A stretch of DNA of 61,483 nucleotides from Candidatus Aenigmatarchaeota archaeon (GTDB lineage Archaea > Aenigmatarchaeota > Aenigmatarchaeia > Aenigmatarchaeales > JACQIB01): contig JBHIDR010000001.1 of assembly GCA_046760225.1 (NCBI GenBank), positions 1 to 61,483 of the forward strand, in the 5' to 3' direction. The notes beneath the pieces are model-generated. The model worked only from the letters and a program-made list of their open reading frames with translations. It was not told the origin of the DNA and ran no database searches. The position numbers and the translations under genes were made by a program. Position 1 is the stretch's first letter. Every line of letters starts with the position of its first letter. Shown in pieces: positions 45,258-53,562 of the stretch.

Positions 45258-46011
45258 GTTTAGTGGGATGGTAGAAAACATTTAATTCTGGCAATCTTTG
45301 CCGGGTGGGATATAAAAACAATATCACAGAATTTGGCAATGTTTTGTTTACCGTAAATGTATATTTCATATTCGGGATTTTTTCTTCTATATCTTTCATA
45401 GAGACTCAATTTGATTTTTTTCTTCTGTAAAAACTCTATTATGAAATCATAGAGTTCGATGCAGCTGGTAGTGAAATTTATTTTTGCTTGTCTTTTACCA
45501 ACGTGCCCTTCTGAGTCAAAAAGACCTCCGGTATAACTTGCCTTTAACTCATCACTTAGACCATTGATGAATGTTGGAAGTTTCAGTTTTTTTCGTACTG
45601 AGCCCCTAGGCACCTCAAGTACTTCTGTGAAGTACCTGAAAAGAATGCTGTTTTTTACATGACTGTAATATGAACTCCTTTTCTTATCGTGGAAAATGTT
45701 TAATTGGATTCCAAATACATTTTTGAACATTTTGTTCAAGACCTTCTTATGGAATTCTAAACATTTGTCGGTGATATGAATTATTTGGAAAGACATATTA
45801 CCATCGCCATGAATTTCTCCCAACAATCTACAAAGGTCATTTGTAAAGTCTGTTGGAAGCTTTACAGCATATGGAGATCTTGCGCAAGTGAATTTTTTGT
45901 TTCTTTTTTGGATGTCTCTGTGTCTTTGAAGAAAATCCCTTACCCGGCATTCTAATATAGTAATATATTAGAATAGTCGCCAAGGATTCTTATTATTTTC
46001 TCTTCTCCCAT
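45258..46011 (-). mobile_element. 16S intron (~754 nt) inside the 806 primer site
   Basis: The exon reads gggactaactgggt | insertion | atctaatcc, where GGACTACnnGGGTATCTAATCC is expected. Confidence 0.75.
45260..45826 (-). CDS. double-motif LAGLIDADG homing endonuclease
   Basis: The motifs are MLGEIHGDGNM and YTGGLFDSEGHV. Size is 188 aa. It is AT-rich relative to the flanking exons. Confidence 0.75.
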   Translation of the reverse strand: MLGEIHGDGNMSFQIIHITDKCLEFHKKVLNKMFKNVFGIQLNIFHDKKRSSYYSHVKNSILFRYFTEVLEVPRGSVRKKLKLPTFINGLSDELKASYTGGLFDSEGHVGKRQAKINFTTSCIELYDFIIEFLQKKKIKLSLYERYRRKNPEYEIYIYGKQNIAKFCDIVFISHPAKIARIKCFLPSH

Positions 46012-46278
46012 ATCTAATCCAGGTCGCTCCCCCAGCTTTCGTCCCTCACCGTCGGACTCGTTCTAATCTGGCGCCTTCGCCACAGGCGGTCCTCCACGGA
46101 TTAAAGGATTTAACCCCTACACGTGGAATACCCCAGATTTCTCCCGATCCCAAGCCCAGTAGTATCCTCAGCACGCCCTGCAGTTAGCTGCAGGATTTCA
46201 CCAAGGACTTGCTGAGCCGGCTACGGACGCTTTAGGCCCAATAATTGTGATCACCACTCGCAGCGCGGGTATTACCGC

Positions 46279-46315
46279 TTACCGTGCTGGCAGCCAATTA
46301 CTTAACTACTAGCAT
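46279..46315 (-). other. 37-nt insertion splitting the 515/519 universal site
   Basis: The sequence reads gtattaccgc | ttaccgtgctggcagccaattacttaactactagcat | ggcggctggc, where GTATTACCGCGGCGGCTGGCAC is expected. Confidence 0.55.
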
Positions 46316-46501
46316 GGCGGCTGGCTTACGGAGATAGCAGCCATATTAACCACTAAAAATATTTTGACTACTATCTTACCCGTCTGGCCCACTGCTTATT
46401 CCTCCAGCGATCGAGACTGGAGAAAAGGCTATGCAGAGCATAGCCACTCGAGGTCCCCTTCTCACGCGTGAGCGCATTGGAAAGTTTTCGCGCCTGCTGC
46501 G

Positions 46502-46535
46502 ACTTCTACCGAGGTAAGAACGCATCTTCACCTCG
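46502..46535 (-). other. ~34-nt insertion splitting the ~340 site
   Basis: The sequence reads ttttcgcgcctgctgcg | acttctaccgaggtaagaacgcatcttcacctcg | tccgtaggccc, where ..CTGCTGCGCCCCGTAGGGCC is expected. The insert forms a hairpin (gaggtaaga/tcttcacctc). Confidence 0.5.
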
Positions 46536-47157
46536 TCCGTAGGCCCTGCCTTCATGTCTCAGAAGGCATCTGGGGGCTCCCACTCTCATGGCCCCTACGC
46601 GTTATCGGTTTGTGAGGATTTTACCCTCACAACGGCCTGATACGCCGCAGTCCCATCCTTAGGCGCCGGAGCTTTCAGCTTCGGAACATTCCAGTATCCG
46701 AAGCCTATGGGGCATTGAGCTCAGTTTCCCGAGTGTATTCCCCACCTAAGGGCAGGTTAACTACGTGTTACTCAGCAGTGCGGCGAGGGCTTAACCCCTC
46801 TCGCCTCGCATGGCTTAGTCGGACCCCGATAGCGGTGATCTCCGGCAGGATCAACCGGAATTACGGAGAAAAACACACATGCACAAATTGTAATGTGTCC
46901 CTGTGCATTAGAGTTTCACCTACTCGCCAACATCAGACAAAAATATTAACTTTTGCCCTCATTCTTTTGCGGGGTTGGAAATAATTCTTCATCGCAGCCC
47001 GTGGTTCTGAAAGCCACGCATTAAGCGTTTACATCATTACCGCATGCCTATGGCTGAACTCGAATTAAGCCGAAAATTGCAAGCACTTCCGTGCCCGCAG
47101 TAACATAGCACAGCAGCGCTGTGTTATTTCCCCCGCAGTAAGAAAAATACTTCTTAC

Positions 47158-47170
47158 CTATTTATATAGC
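47158..47170 (-). promoter_or_regulatory. candidate TATA box of the 16S transcription unit
   Basis: The minus-strand sequence GCTATATAAATAG lies about 300 nt upstream of the 16S 5' end, just after the antiporter stop. Confidence 0.35.
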
Positions 47171-47191
47171 TTTGTTTAACCTTTTTAAAGC

Positions 47192-48457
47192 TTACCTTTT
47201 TCGCGACCTTCTCTTTTTCCTGGGTTTCTTTGGCTTTTCTGCAGCAGCTTCTTCAGCAGGCGGCGCCTCTGTGACAGGAGCCCTCTTTGAAATCAGGCCT
47301 GTCATTATTGAAGTGTAAACAACTGTGCCGAGAATCACAACAAAGGCTATGTTGGAATATATCTCAGCACCAGGCAGGCCGAACACAAGGGGCAACTGTG
47401 CAAGCACGGCTGCTGCAAGCCCTCTTGGCCCCATTATCTTTGCTATGTTTGCTTCCAGGGGCGTGAGTGCCATCTTCAAGGTTGCAATCCTGACACCTAC
47501 TGCCCTGAGGAACAGGAGTATTACTGTGATTGCAAGACCATAGAGCACGTACTGCGGGTTTATTGCGACTATCAGTCCCATGTACACGAAGAAGAAGGAG
47601 CGGATGAAAAATGATATTTCAGTATGGAACTTCTTCAGAAGCGCGTCAACAGTGAATATCTTACCGAGCCTGAACATCCTTGAGAAGACCTTGGAATTGC
47701 CAAGGACTATTCCGAATGCCAGCACAGCAAGCGCACCACTGCCTTTCACTGACTCGGTGAAGACATAAAGGATGAAGAGCAATGCAAGTGTGAGCATGTA
47801 ATCAAATGGCCTGCCTTTCAGCTTGTCAAGCACAGAAAGCCATACAATGCCTACTATGGAGCCCACCACTATTGCTATTGAAAACGCACTGAGTATGTTG
47901 CCTACAGTGGATGATATTGGTGCACCTGACCTTATGACCTCCAGCAGTGCAAGTGCTATGACTATTGTGAAGGGGTCGGTGAGTATTGATTCCAGCTGGA
48001 GCAGGGTCTGCACATTTGGCCTTACATTGAGCCCTCTCATTATGGTAATGACAATAGGCGAGCTGGTGCCTCCTACTATTGCTCCGAGGAGAAGTCCCTG
48101 CATGCTGTCAAAACCGAAGACAAACATCGAGAAAGCGCCTATTGCTGCCATTGAAAGGGAAAGGTTGACAAGGGACATCAGGGTGCCCCTTGGCACGCCC
48201 TTTATCATCTGATAGAAGTCCATGTTCAGGCCTGCGTCATAAAGCAGTATTATCAGTGCCAGTGCTGCCATGAGGGATGATATACCAATAAAGAGCTCAG
48301 TAGGAAATATCTGAAGCACAGGACCGAGTATCAGGCCGAGTATCATGAGCCATATTATGTCAGGTATTTTTGTTCTTTCAAAGACAATCAGGCCTATATA
48401 GCCTAGAATAATCGTGATGCTGAGCAACAGAAGAATACTGAATGCTTCTACAACCAT
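47192..48457 (-). CDS. monovalent cation:proton antiporter (CPA1/NhaP-type)
   Basis: The 421-aa ORF has about 11-12 TM helices and a typical N-terminus (LLLSITIILGYIGLIVFERTKIPDIIWLMILGLILGP). The C-terminal tail is basic. Confidence 0.7.
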   Translation of the reverse strand: MVVEAFSILLLLSITIILGYIGLIVFERTKIPDIIWLMILGLILGPVLQIFPTELFIGISSLMAALALIILLYDAGLNMDFYQMIKGVPRGTLMSLVNLSLSMAAIGAFSMFVFGFDSMQGLLLGAIVGGTSSPIVITIMRGLNVRPNVQTLLQLESILTDPFTIVIALALLEVIRSGAPISSTVGNILSAFSIAIVVGSIVGIVWLSVLDKLKGRPFDYMLTLALLFILYVFTESVKGSGALAVLAFGIVLGNSKVFSRMFRLGKIFTVDALLKKFHTEISFFIRSFFFVYMGLIVAINPQYVLYGLAITVILLFLRAVGVRIATLKMALTPLEANIAKIMGPRGLAAAVLAQLPLVFGLPGAEIYSNIAFVVILGTVVYTSIMTGLISKRAPVTEAPPAEEAAAEKPKKPRKKRRSRKR

Positions 48458-48528
48458 ACTTATTATAAAAAAAGCCTGAATATAAAGTTTTGCAAAAGCT
48501 TAAGTTCTGGTTTTTATAAAAGGATTTT

Positions 48529-49500
48529 ATGGTAGCTGACATCTTAACAAATGTTATAGTGCTGCTCGCATCCTTGATCTTGCTCATAATAACAAGCCAG
48601 TGGGTCATAGAGAACTCGATAAAGATAGCACATCTGGCAAGGGTGAGCGAGGTTGTAATAGGCTTCATATTCATTGCAATTGCCACGAGCATTCCTGAGC
48701 TTGCTGTTTCTGTTTCAGCCATAATGTCAGCAGACATAGGCATTGCAATAGGCAACCTGTTGGGAAGCAATGTGGCTGACATAGCCCTGATAGTGGGAAT
48801 TGCCTCGTTCTTTGGTCCTGTGATCATACGGAGGAGACTGCTGAGGGAAATCTCAACAATTCTATTCCTTACTTCACTGATTCCCCTGATTCTTCTTAAT
48901 GTAAGGCAGTCAGGAAGGATAGTTGGGTTCGTGCTGCTGATCATGTTCTTTTTGTTTGTGTACTATTCTATGAAGAGGAACCTTAAGCTCAGGATGGGAA
49001 GGGCGCCTGCTGAGAAAATAGACCATCACTTCAGGGCAAAGGTATGGGTTGTTACTTTATTGTTCTTCTTCCTGGGTATAGCAGGCGTGTTCATAAGCTC
49101 CAGGTTTGTTGTTGATTCTGCTGTTGGAATTGCATTTCAATTAGGAATAGCAGAGGCAGTGATAGGTGCAACCATCATAGCAATAGGAACATCCCTGCCT
49201 GAGCTGGCTGTTGACATCACTGCAATAAGAAAGGGACACTGGGGCCTTGCTTTTGGCGATGCAATAGGCTCTGCGCTGACCAACCTCACGCTTGTGCTTG
49301 GAATGGTGCTTGTTGTTGCGGGTCTTCCTGTTGATATCAGGATATTCGAGACACTCATAATGTTCCTCTTGGCAACAAACATGATACTCTGGTACTTCAT
49401 AGGCAAGGGAAGGCTTGACAGGAAGGAAGGAATAATTTTATTATTTGTCTACCAGATATTCCTTATGACAATATTCGGTGTGCAACTGGTGATACTTTGA
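48529..49500 (+). CDS. Ca2+/cation antiporter (CaCA, YrbG/MaX1-like)
   Basis: It has two alpha-repeats: ATSIPELAVSVSA..GNLLGSNVADIALIVG and GTSLPELAVDITA..GDAIGSALTNLTLVLG. Confidence 0.85.
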   Translation: MVADILTNVIVLLASLILLIITSQWVIENSIKIAHLARVSEVVIGFIFIAIATSIPELAVSVSAIMSADIGIAIGNLLGSNVADIALIVGIASFFGPVIIRRRLLREISTILFLTSLIPLILLNVRQSGRIVGFVLLIMFFLFVYYSMKRNLKLRMGRAPAEKIDHHFRAKVWVVTLLFFFLGIAGVFISSRFVVDSAVGIAFQLGIAEAVIGATIIAIGTSLPELAVDITAIRKGHWGLAFGDAIGSALTNLTLVLGMVLVVAGLPVDIRIFETLIMFLLATNMILWYFIGKGRLDRKEGIILLFVYQIFLMTIFGVQLVIL

Positions 49501-51302
49501 AGCAACAACTGAGCTTTTTCGAGATACTGGCGCTCTGCATAGGCTCGATTGTGGGCACAGGAATATTCCTTATCCCAGGAATAGTTGCAGGGTCCATGGG
49601 GCCCAGCACTGTGCTGATATGGCTTGCTATTGCTATTTTCACAATACCAATGGGCTTTTCATTTGCAGAGCTTGCAAGCATGTTCAGCAGGAGCGGGGGG
49701 CCTGTTGTTTTTGCCAAGACAGCATTCGGCAGCTTCTGGGGCTTTATAGCAGGATGGGTGTCATGGATTGTTGCAACTGTTACAATAAGCAGCCTGGCAA
49801 TAGCAATCTCCTTTTATGCATCGTTCTTCATTGAGCTCGGCACAATGGGAAGGATAGCACTGTCTGTTGCAGCGATTGCTGTGCTGACCCTGATAAACTA
49901 CCTGGGTGTAAAGCACGGAGCAAAGACACAGAAGATTCTGACAGGCATCACTGTGCTCTTGCTCTTGGCCTTCATAATAATAGGGTTCCCGAACGTGAGG
50001 ATGGAGAACTTCACACCGCTCTTCCCGCTTGGTCTGGGTGCCTTGGGGTTTGCACTGCTGTTTGCACTCGAACCCTTTATAGGATGGGAGGCATGCACAA
50101 TAATCGCAGGCGAGGTCAGGAACTCCAGGAAGTATGTGCCAAAGGCAATAATCATCACCACCCTGTTCATTGCTGCGCTCTACATGGGAATAATATTCGT
50201 TGCACTAGGTGCAGCTGGATGGGATGTGCTTGCTGCATCATCAGCACCACTGGCAGAGGCCGTAGGCGGCTGGGCCTTGTTCATCGTGGTGGTGAGCCTG
50301 GTAGTGAACCTTGCATCACTAAATTCCTGGGTCTTCACAACAGCAAGACTGCCATATTCCCTTGCAAAGGAGAAAATATTCATGAAAAGGTTTGGAAGAC
50401 TGTCAAGATATGGCACACCAGGCCACTCATTGATTATGCAGGCACTGCTTGCAGGCATGATTGCTTCAACAGGGAACTATGAGCTCTCAATATTTCTCCT
50501 TCTGTCAGCTGCACTCATACTCTATGCAATGTGCTTCCTTTCACTGATAAAGCTGAGGAAGAGTCAGAAGGCTATTTTCAGGGCACCATGGTTCTTTCCC
50601 TTTATTTCCCTTTTCTTTGTGGCCTTCCTGCTCACGCAGATTAACATCATGGTGTTTGTGCTGGGCATCCTGATAACCCTCCTGGGGGTTCCTGGTTATA
50701 TTGGCGTGAAGATATTCACAGACAAGAGATTTGTGGAGAACTTCTGGGACAGGCTCTACTTTGTTCTGGATGCCTATATCCCGATATTCTACAGGCCGCA
50801 CCATTTGAGGCATGTGCTTGACAATGCAAAGCTGAGAAAGGGCCAGACTGTTCTGGACTATGGCTGCGGCACAGGAAGGTCAACAGAGGAGATAGTAAAA
50901 AGAGTGAGGCCAGGAAAGGTAGTTGCAGCTGACCTCTCAAAGAAGCAGCTGAGAATGACAGTCAGGAGGGTGAAGAAGAAGAAACTGCCCCATGTCATGC
51001 TTGTCAAGCTGAGCAAGCCAGCTCCTTTCCCGAAACAGAGCTTTGACAGGATAGTATCTACAGTTGCAATAAACTATTTCATAAGGCCAGAAAAAGAGCT
51101 AAGGGCGCTGCACAGGACACTGAAGAGAAGAGGAATAGCCAGCTTCCTTGCACTGGAAGTTCCAGGTGTGCCTGTTCATGACTTCCTGAGGCACGACTTC
51201 AGCATAAAGAACTCCTTCAAGCTGTCAGGGTTCAAGACGGTCAAGGTTGAGAGGGAGAAGAGGATAGGAAGAGAATACATTTATATCACAGCTAAGAAAT
51301 AA
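49497..51302 (+). CDS. APC-family amino-acid permease fused to a C-terminal class I SAM methyltransferase
   Basis: The N-terminal ~430 aa form a 12-TM APC-like domain (ALCIGSIVGTGIFLIPG). The C-terminal part has VLDYGCGTGRSTEEI, VVAADLS and FDRIVSTVAINYF. The TTG start overlaps the upstream stop. Confidence 0.75.
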   Translation: MKQQLSFFEILALCIGSIVGTGIFLIPGIVAGSMGPSTVLIWLAIAIFTIPMGFSFAELASMFSRSGGPVVFAKTAFGSFWGFIAGWVSWIVATVTISSLAIAISFYASFFIELGTMGRIALSVAAIAVLTLINYLGVKHGAKTQKILTGITVLLLLAFIIIGFPNVRMENFTPLFPLGLGALGFALLFALEPFIGWEACTIIAGEVRNSRKYVPKAIIITTLFIAALYMGIIFVALGAAGWDVLAASSAPLAEAVGGWALFIVVVSLVVNLASLNSWVFTTARLPYSLAKEKIFMKRFGRLSRYGTPGHSLIMQALLAGMIASTGNYELSIFLLLSAALILYAMCFLSLIKLRKSQKAIFRAPWFFPFISLFFVAFLLTQINIMVFVLGILITLLGVPGYIGVKIFTDKRFVENFWDRLYFVLDAYIPIFYRPHHLRHVLDNAKLRKGQTVLDYGCGTGRSTEEIVKRVRPGKVVAADLSKKQLRMTVRRVKKKKLPHVMLVKLSKPAPFPKQSFDRIVSTVAINYFIRPEKELRALHRTLKRRGIASFLALEVPGVPVHDFLRHDFSIKNSFKLSGFKTVKVEREKRIGREYIYITAKK

Positions 51303-51309
51303 TTCTGTT

Positions 51310-51774
51310 ATGCTTGTCAGGAAGGTAATGAGGAGGAAAGTAATAACAGTGAAGGAGGAAGACACACTGCATGATGTCCTGAAGAAGTTCGTGAAGCACA
51401 ATATTTCTGGAATGCCTGTTGTAAGGGACAAGAAAGTTGTGGGCATAGTCACTGAGAGCGATGTGATAAGGGCAATAGATGCCTTCTTGCCCAAGATACA
51501 TTATGACACAGCAACTGGCTTTGCAGTCATACTCTCTGCACTCAAGCATGGAAGCTGCTTTGAGGCAGCCAGGAAAGACATTATCAGGACAGGAAAACTG
51601 AAAGTAAAGGACTTCATGAAGAAGAAGGTAATAACAATAAGAGCGGATGATGACTTGGGGACAGCAGCAAGGATCATGACCAGGCACAAGGTCAAGAGGC
51701 TGCCTGTTGTAAAGAACAAGAAACTTGTTGGCATAATTGCCCGCGCTGACCTGATAAGGGCTCTTGGGAAATGA
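51310..51774 (+). CDS. CBS domain pair protein
   Basis: It has two CBS repeats (VMRRKVITVKEEDTLHDVLKKFVKHNISGMPVV and FMKKKVITIRADDDLGTAARIMTRHKVKRLPVV). Confidence 0.85.
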   Translation: MLVRKVMRRKVITVKEEDTLHDVLKKFVKHNISGMPVVRDKKVVGIVTESDVIRAIDAFLPKIHYDTATGFAVILSALKHGSCFEAARKDIIRTGKLKVKDFMKKKVITIRADDDLGTAARIMTRHKVKRLPVVKNKKLVGIIARADLIRALGK

Positions 51775-51775
51775 A

Positions 51776-51888
51776 TGGGGCCGGGAGCGGGAATTTCACA
51801 CCTCCGTCCGTGTGCACTTCGGGAAGTGCTTTGAACCCGCGACGAAGGCTCCACAGGCCCGTATGTTACCAGGCTACACCATCCCGGC
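51776..51888 (-). tRNA. tRNA-His(GUG) with 37-nt T-loop intron, CCA encoded
   Basis: The reverse complement is GCCGGGA TG GTGT AGCCTGGTA ACAT A CGGGC CTGTGGA GCCTT CGTC GCGGG TTCAAA[intron 51793-51829]T CCCGC TCCCGGC C CCA. The mature length is 76 nt. Confidence 0.8.
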
Positions 51889-51928
51889 CATGCTAAAAGA
51901 ATTAACCTTAGAATATAAAAACTTTAAA

Positions 51929-52693
51929 CTACTGTGTAATTTCCCTGAAAACCCTCATGCATTCCTCTACTTCATACAGCTTCCTGTCAAGGTCCACATC
52001 ATACCTCTTTGTTCCAAGCAGGCCGTCCCTGTCCTTTTCTTTGAGGTTTTCAAAACCTATTGCAATGCATGGTTTTACTTCTGTCCTCTTGAGGTCACCT
52101 ACTACAATTGCCATGTATTCTGGCCTGACGCATACTGCCTTGAAATCATAGGTCTTGGCTTCCCAGCATGTATTGAGTATGCTCCTGTCGTCTGCTTCTG
52201 GCCTAAGGTTTGTATGGTCAATCATGCTGGCGTATTCACGGAGCTTCTGGGTTTCTCCAATGGCCTTTAGTGCTTCCATCATTATCTTTGGGCCAGAACT
52301 TGTGCCTATTCTTGTTACCCCGGCTGCAGTGTATTCCTTCATCTTATCAAAGCTCTTTATTCCTCCGGCAGCCTTTACTTCAAGAGGATGTGCTGCATCC
52401 TTCATCAGCTGTACGTCTTCGAGCGTGGCACCTCCAGGACCAAAGCCAGTTGAGGTCTTTACAAAATCAGCTCCATACTTCTTTGCCCATTTGCAGACAA
52501 GCTTTTTCTGATTATCATTCAAGTAACAGGTTTCCAGGATAATCTTTGTGATTATGCGCTCGTCTGGCTCTTCATATTCCCTTATTGTCTTTAGAATCGT
52601 GCTTATCTCGTTCTCAACATACTCTCTTTCTCCCTTAATCATCCTGTGGACATTTATGGGAAAATCAAATTCTATTGGATAAGATTCAGGCAT
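51929..52693 (-). CDS. deoC: deoxyribose-phosphate aldolase, circularly permuted
   Basis: Residues 1-140 match the DERA C-terminal part: IEFDFPINV, KIILETCYL, ADFVKTSTGFGPGGAT, VKAAGGI and RIGTSSG. Residues 157-254 match the DERA N-terminal part: IDHTNLRPEA, FKAVCVRPEY and IAIGF. Confidence 0.8.
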   Translation of the reverse strand: MPESYPIEFDFPINVHRMIKGEREYVENEISTILKTIREYEEPDERIITKIILETCYLNDNQKKLVCKWAKKYGADFVKTSTGFGPGGATLEDVQLMKDAAHPLEVKAAGGIKSFDKMKEYTAAGVTRIGTSSGPKIMMEALKAIGETQKLREYASMIDHTNLRPEADDRSILNTCWEAKTYDFKAVCVRPEYMAIVVGDLKRTEVKPCIAIGFENLKEKDRDGLLGTKRYDVDLDRKLYEVEECMRVFREITQ

Positions 52694-52750
52694 GCCATAA
52701 TTATGGGGGCAAAAAGATTTAAATGGGCAATCAAAAAAGATTCTCTCTTC

Positions 52751-53281
52751 TCAGCATACTGCTTTGTCTTGGGACCTGTAGTTCTGGTACTGCTCCAGAG
52801 AATCTAGCTCTGCAATAAGGTCCCTTCCGTTTGACTTGTAAACAAGTGTCCTGCTGTCCCATTCACTGGGGAACTCGTCAATAAGGCTCATCCTCAGCAA
52901 GGCCCTTATGTCGCGCCTTATAGCAGACTCGTTCCTTCCAGTCAAAGTTGTGATTTCCTTTACTGTAAGACCATAATCTTCTGCTTCCTTGACAAGAACA
53001 TAGACTTCACCTTGCCTCACAGAAGGATACTCTGTCTTATGTTCATCAGTAATAGCCATGTCAAAGGGGAAGAACTTCCTGTAAATGCCTATTTTTTCTG
53101 ATTTTAGGTACTCAAAGCCCTCCAGGACATTTATATGATGCGATATGGAGCCGTTGTTCAGATTAAGTATATCCTTTATGATGCTATAGTGTATTCCAGG
53201 GTTCCAGAAAACCAGGTTGTATATGCTGTTTCTTACCGGGTTGTCGAGCACCATCTCCTGGGTTATGTGCCTACTTCTCAT
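52751..53281 (-). CDS. winged-helix transcriptional regulator (two wHTH-like units)
   Basis: It has an ArsR-like unit (NPVRNSIYNLVFWNPGIHYSIIKDILNLNNGSISHHINVLEGFEYL) and a second unit (GLTVKEITTLTGRNESAIRRDIRALLRMSLI). Confidence 0.55.
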   Translation of the reverse strand: MRSRHITQEMVLDNPVRNSIYNLVFWNPGIHYSIIKDILNLNNGSISHHINVLEGFEYLKSEKIGIYRKFFPFDMAITDEHKTEYPSVRQGEVYVLVKEAEDYGLTVKEITTLTGRNESAIRRDIRALLRMSLIDEFPSEWDSRTLVYKSNGRDLIAELDSLEQYQNYRSQDKAVC

Positions 53282-53341
53282 AGACCTGAATTGGCATGAA
53301 GAAACTTAAATAATATGTTCTGGGTTAGGCGATTGCCGAAA

Positions 53342-53508
53342 TGGTGCGGGAGGTGAGAGTTTCGCTTCCACCTTCGTGCACCGAAGGCGGTGCTTCGAAC
53401 TCACGAAGGGACTATTGTGGACCTCTTCCCTTTTGATTAACCTTTTGGGAAAAGGTTACCCACAAGGTTCTGAGCCTTGCACCGTTGACCTGGCTTGGCG
53501 ACTCCCGC
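53342..53508 (-). tRNA. tRNA-Leu(CAG) with two introns (variable arm 43 nt, T-loop 35 nt), CCA encoded
   Basis: The reverse complement is GCGGGAG TC GCCAAGCCAGGTCAACGGT G CAAGG CTCAGAA CCTTG TGGGT[53415-53457]TAGTCCCTTC GTGAG TTCGAA[53359-53393]T CTCAC CTCCCGC A CCA. The mature length is 89 nt. Confidence 0.75.
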
Positions 53509-53562
53509 CTAGAAAATAGTAATTGTGCAAACCATTTAAAATACTAATGTTCAATAGTTAGC

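Noticed and set aside
46715-46984. An 89-aa ORF at the 5' end of the 16S, plus ORFs 40594-40857, 40695-41087 and 42928-43122.
   Set aside because: They lie within or antisense to rRNA exons or intron genes, so they are most likely fortuitous frames.
51764-52270. A 168-aa plus-strand ORF.
   Set aside because: It runs through tRNA-His and is antisense to the DERA gene, so it is spurious.
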